A stretch of DNA of 64,000 nt from an uncultured delta proteobacterium (GTDB lineage Bacteria; Desulfobacterota; Syntrophobacteria; BM002), in assembly GCA_963712115.1 (NCBI GenBank), contig CAVQGX010000022.1, forward strand, positions 1-64,000. The letters run 5' to 3'. Shown piece by piece: positions 61,186 to 64,000 of the stretch. The translations under genes were made by a program, and so were the position numbers. Numbering within the stretch: position 1 is the stretch's first letter; every line of letters starts with the position of its first letter. The notes beneath the pieces are model-generated. The model saw only the letters and a list, made by a program, of their open reading frames with translations, was not told the origin of the DNA and did not search any database.

Positions 61186-62304
61186 TATCTCCTCATGAAT
61201 GACAGCAAGACGTTGCACAACCTCTTCATTAATGCTTATGCCAAGTCCATATCCTGCCAGTGGCCGGGCCACCCCACCCGGTCCGAATTCCACAGGCTCG
61301 TTTACAATGTCCTCCTTGAGTATATAGTTGGAGTAGGACCCCTCTAGATAGAGCAGTTTTCGGCTCAAGGCAAACTGTCGCCCGGCTGCAGAGAGAATAC
61401 CCGTTTCCCCTACTTGGCAGCCCAGCTGTGCGGCAATTCCTTGCTCTTGGCCTATTTGGTGCATTCGGGCTGCAGCGAGGATGCCACCGCACTTGGACAA
61501 TCTCAGGTTGAATACCTTGCAGGCGTGCAAGGATGCCAAGTCTTTCGCATCACGCTCAAAACACAAGGATTCATCAGCTATCACTGGAATGTCCACTTGA
61601 TCTGCCACCCGCTTTAGCCCGATTAAATCCTCTTTGGAGACCGGCTGCTCCACAGCGGTAATGCCATAAGCCATCATGGCATCAATGCGTTGTTCCGCTT
61701 CATCGGCACTCCAGGCACCGTTGGCATCTACCCTAAGGTCTACCTCGTGCCCGAGAATTTCCCGGACCAGAGACAAAACCGCCAGATCTTGGTCATTTCC
61801 TACTTTAATCTTTACAAAAGACATCTGCATCTCACGTATCACGTGAAGAAGACGATGGAAACTGGGCTGATTCATCATGGGTATTACCGCGCTGTAAACC
61901 AGCTGAAACTCTTCTCCTCCTAGGAATTGAGCCACAGACTGCCCCCAGGTTTTGCCTGCTGCGTCAAGTATGGCAAGTTCCAGGGCACAGCACGCGGCCG
62001 GGGCGCGAGCTCGATTGGGCTCTGAGATCAATTCGCTGAGTTTTTCCAACAAATCTTCTGGGTCATTCCAATGGAGTCCATTGATCTTGGGGATCAAATG
62101 GTCTCGTAGGAAGGTCAGACTGGTAGCAGTTGTCTCACCAGTAACGTACTGCCTAGCAATACCCTCGCCGAATCCCACCACACCAGAATCTGTAACCACC
62201 TTGACTACAAGGTTTTCACTGTGGCTTCGTTCAGCTAGGTAGTGTTTGATAGGCATGCACAGCTCTATCTGCAGGAGATAGAGATGGATCTTCTTCAGCC
62301 GCAT
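61174..62304 (-). CDS. enolase-superfamily enzyme (MLE/dipeptide epimerase subgroup)
   Basis: GFGEG, KIKVG, DANG, EQP, DES, GYGLG. Confidence 0.88.
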   Translation of the reverse strand: MRLKKIHLYLLQIELCMPIKHYLAERSHSENLVVKVVTDSGVVGFGEGIARQYVTGETTATSLTFLRDHLIPKINGLHWNDPEDLLEKLSELISEPNRARAPAACCALELAILDAAGKTWGQSVAQFLGGEEFQLVYSAVIPMMNQPSFHRLLHVIREMQMSFVKIKVGNDQDLAVLSLVREILGHEVDLRVDANGAWSADEAEQRIDAMMAYGITAVEQPVSKEDLIGLKRVADQVDIPVIADESLCFERDAKDLASLHACKVFNLRLSKCGGILAAARMHQIGQEQGIAAQLGCQVGETGILSAAGRQFALSRKLLYLEGSYSNYILKEDIVNEPVEFGPGGVARPLAGYGLGISINEEVVQRLAVIHEEISLS

Positions 62305-63253
62305 GTATAGGTCCCGTTTCCTCAAAAAGATTATTTCCCAGAGCGGTGCGTACTTCCTTCCACTGGTACCACTGTTCTGGAAACATATAGATGTATCGTT
62401 CCAAAACCTGAAGAGCGCTCTGGGAAACGCTTTCGTTTTCAAGATTCTGCTGCATTCCGTTCAAAGAATGAAGATTGAGCCCGTAATGATCTTTCCCCTT
62501 TCTTTGGACAACCCCCATTATCACCGGGGACGAATAGCGACGGCGAAGGAGGTCCAGGGTGCGATCTACTGGACAGGAGCAGCCGAGAAATTGAGTTGAC
62601 CTATTCCGATGAGGTCGATAAGCCTTAAACTCGTCACATTCAGTGATTAATATCTGATTTGATTTCAGGGCTTGGAGGGCGCTGAAGATGACATGCTCGC
62701 CACTATTGGCGTCCAACAGCGTTATACCTTTACTTGCTCCTCGCTCTACAAGGGCCCGCTTCAGACGGGGTGTCTTGAAACGGACAACCATAGTAACTGG
62801 ATACCCCTTGAGAGCCAAAAACAGAGGCAAAAATTCAACGGCTCCGAAGTGGGCTGTAACCAGAATAACTCCCCTGCCTTGGGCGAGAGATTCATCTATG
62901 AGGTCTTGCCCCTCTAATTCAACGCGTTCCAGGAGGAAGCGACACACTCTACCGAAGTGGGCATAGGCGATGATCAGTTTTTCGTGGTAATGATGATAGA
63001 TGCCATGGAAGGTCCGGCGGACGATCAGATCCGTAGGTTTTCTTTCGGGAAAGTGACGAAGAATAGCTGTGAGGTTTTTCCTGATCTGTTCCTTTTCTTC
63101 GCCCTTGAAGAAGTGGTAGATGCGACCCATTAGACCAAGATAAGGCCGCACTACAATTCTAGGCAACCAGCGAATCAAGATAGTGTTGAACCGCCATTGC
63201 AGAAAACGGCTGAGTCCAATTCTCCCCACAAGGTGCGCACATATTCGTTTCAT
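62231..63253 (-). CDS. lysophospholipid/lipid A (LpxL-like) acyltransferase family protein
   Basis: GRGVILVTAHFGAVE, LERYIYMFPEQWYQW. Confidence 0.85.
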   Translation of the reverse strand: MKRICAHLVGRIGLSRFLQWRFNTILIRWLPRIVVRPYLGLMGRIYHFFKGEEKEQIRKNLTAILRHFPERKPTDLIVRRTFHGIYHHYHEKLIIAYAHFGRVCRFLLERVELEGQDLIDESLAQGRGVILVTAHFGAVEFLPLFLALKGYPVTMVVRFKTPRLKRALVERGASKGITLLDANSGEHVIFSALQALKSNQILITECDEFKAYRPHRNRSTQFLGCSCPVDRTLDLLRRRYSSPVIMGVVQRKGKDHYGLNLHSLNGMQQNLENESVSQSALQVLERYIYMFPEQWYQWKEVRTALGNNLFEETGPIHAAEEDPSLSPADRAVHAYQTLPS

Positions 63254-63304
63254 ACCATTTCCCCTTAATTACGCCCTGGTTGGAGTATTTTAGATTTTTT
63301 AGGT

Positions 63305-64000
63305 CTATCGCCGGAAGGCAATTACCTTCCTAGTCCCCCTTGACCTCCCACTAGTGTCACTGTCTGTGTCTCCACCAATGTCAAGAATTTTTCTTACAGC
63401 ATAAACCAGTTCTTCAGGCTTGAATGGCTTGTGCACCAACGGTGTTTGCCGATCTCCTGCTAGCAGTTGTGAGTCAGGTTCCCTGGCCCCGTAGCCACTG
63501 CAGATTAATATCTTTAAAGTAGAGTCAAGTTGCCTGAGCCTCTCTAAAGTCTCTTTGCCACTCAGCTTGGGCATGAGGAGATCCAGGATTACCAGGTCAA
63601 TCTCAGCTCTCTTATGGTGGAAGATCTCCAGTGCTTCCACCCCATCAGCAGCCTCAATAACCTGGTAGCCGTAACCTCGCAAAATCTCAGTACCTAGATC
63701 CCTAACCATTGGCTCGTCGTCCACTAGCAAAATAGTCTCATTGCCTTCCAAGCCAGGCTTCAACTGGCCCAGTGTTGGCTCTTGTTCTTTGCCACTGGCC
63801 ACACGAAAGAAAAGATTGAACTCAGTGCCCTTTTCCTCTTCACTTTGCACCTGTACGTAGCCGCGAGCGTTCTGAACGATACCGTAAACCATGGCCAACC
63901 CAAGACCTGAACCCTTTCCAACTTCTTTGGTGGTAAAAAATGGATCGAAAATCTTATCCAGATTTTCCTCTGGAATTCCACTTCCATCGTCAGCCACCCG
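63305..64000 (-). CDS. hybrid sensor histidine kinase, C-terminal HATPase + REC (5' part outside the window)
   Basis: [35 protein letters not shown]. Confidence 0.9.
   Translation of the reverse strand, partial: RVADDGSGIPEENLDKIFDPFFTTKEVGKGSGLGLAMVYGIVQNARGYVQVQSEEEKGTEFNLFFRVASGKEQEPTLGQLKPGLEGNETILLVDDEPMVRDLGTEILRGYGYQVIEAADGVEALEIFHHKRAEIDLVILDLLMPKLSGKETLERLRQLDSTLKILICSGYGAREPDSQLLAGDRQTPLVHKPFKPEELVYAVRKILDIGGDTDSDTSGRSRGTRKVIAFRR

Overview
Ordinary chromosomal window. The gene content (Hdr/MvhD, RACo, sigma54 activators, deltaproteobacterial-type porin, selenocysteine SelD) suggests an anaerobic Desulfobacterota/deltaproteobacterium; this is an inference. About ten unrelated genes carry single-base frameshifts, so the sequence looks like an imperfectly polished long-read assembly. 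Left to right: a PAS/GAF sensor (cut by the window edge); holC; a livKHMGF-acuB operon with a second livK paralog; cheR; greA-dynamin-like GTPase-rimI; speH-speE; MoxR-type AAA ATPase/unknown protein/transglutaminase; phasin-like/ubiB; UGA-recoded selD-rhodanese-DoxX; a hybrid kinase; a sigma54-driven cusCBA-like efflux operon facing a His/Met-rich HAMP-PP2C phosphatase; a porin with a structured leader; RACo plus a PAS sigma54 activator facing a sigma54-driven tusA-tusA-mvhD-hdrA-hdrA-wHTH-hdrC-hdrB-dsrE operon; holA; and an acyltransferase/enolase-superfamily pair. The Hdr-sulfur-carrier operon is the best candidate for an undescribed system. Intergenic DNA is full of small MITE/REP-like elements (mix-and-match and nested) and 7-mer mosaic repeats. 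I saw no rRNA, tRNA, CRISPR array or transposase.
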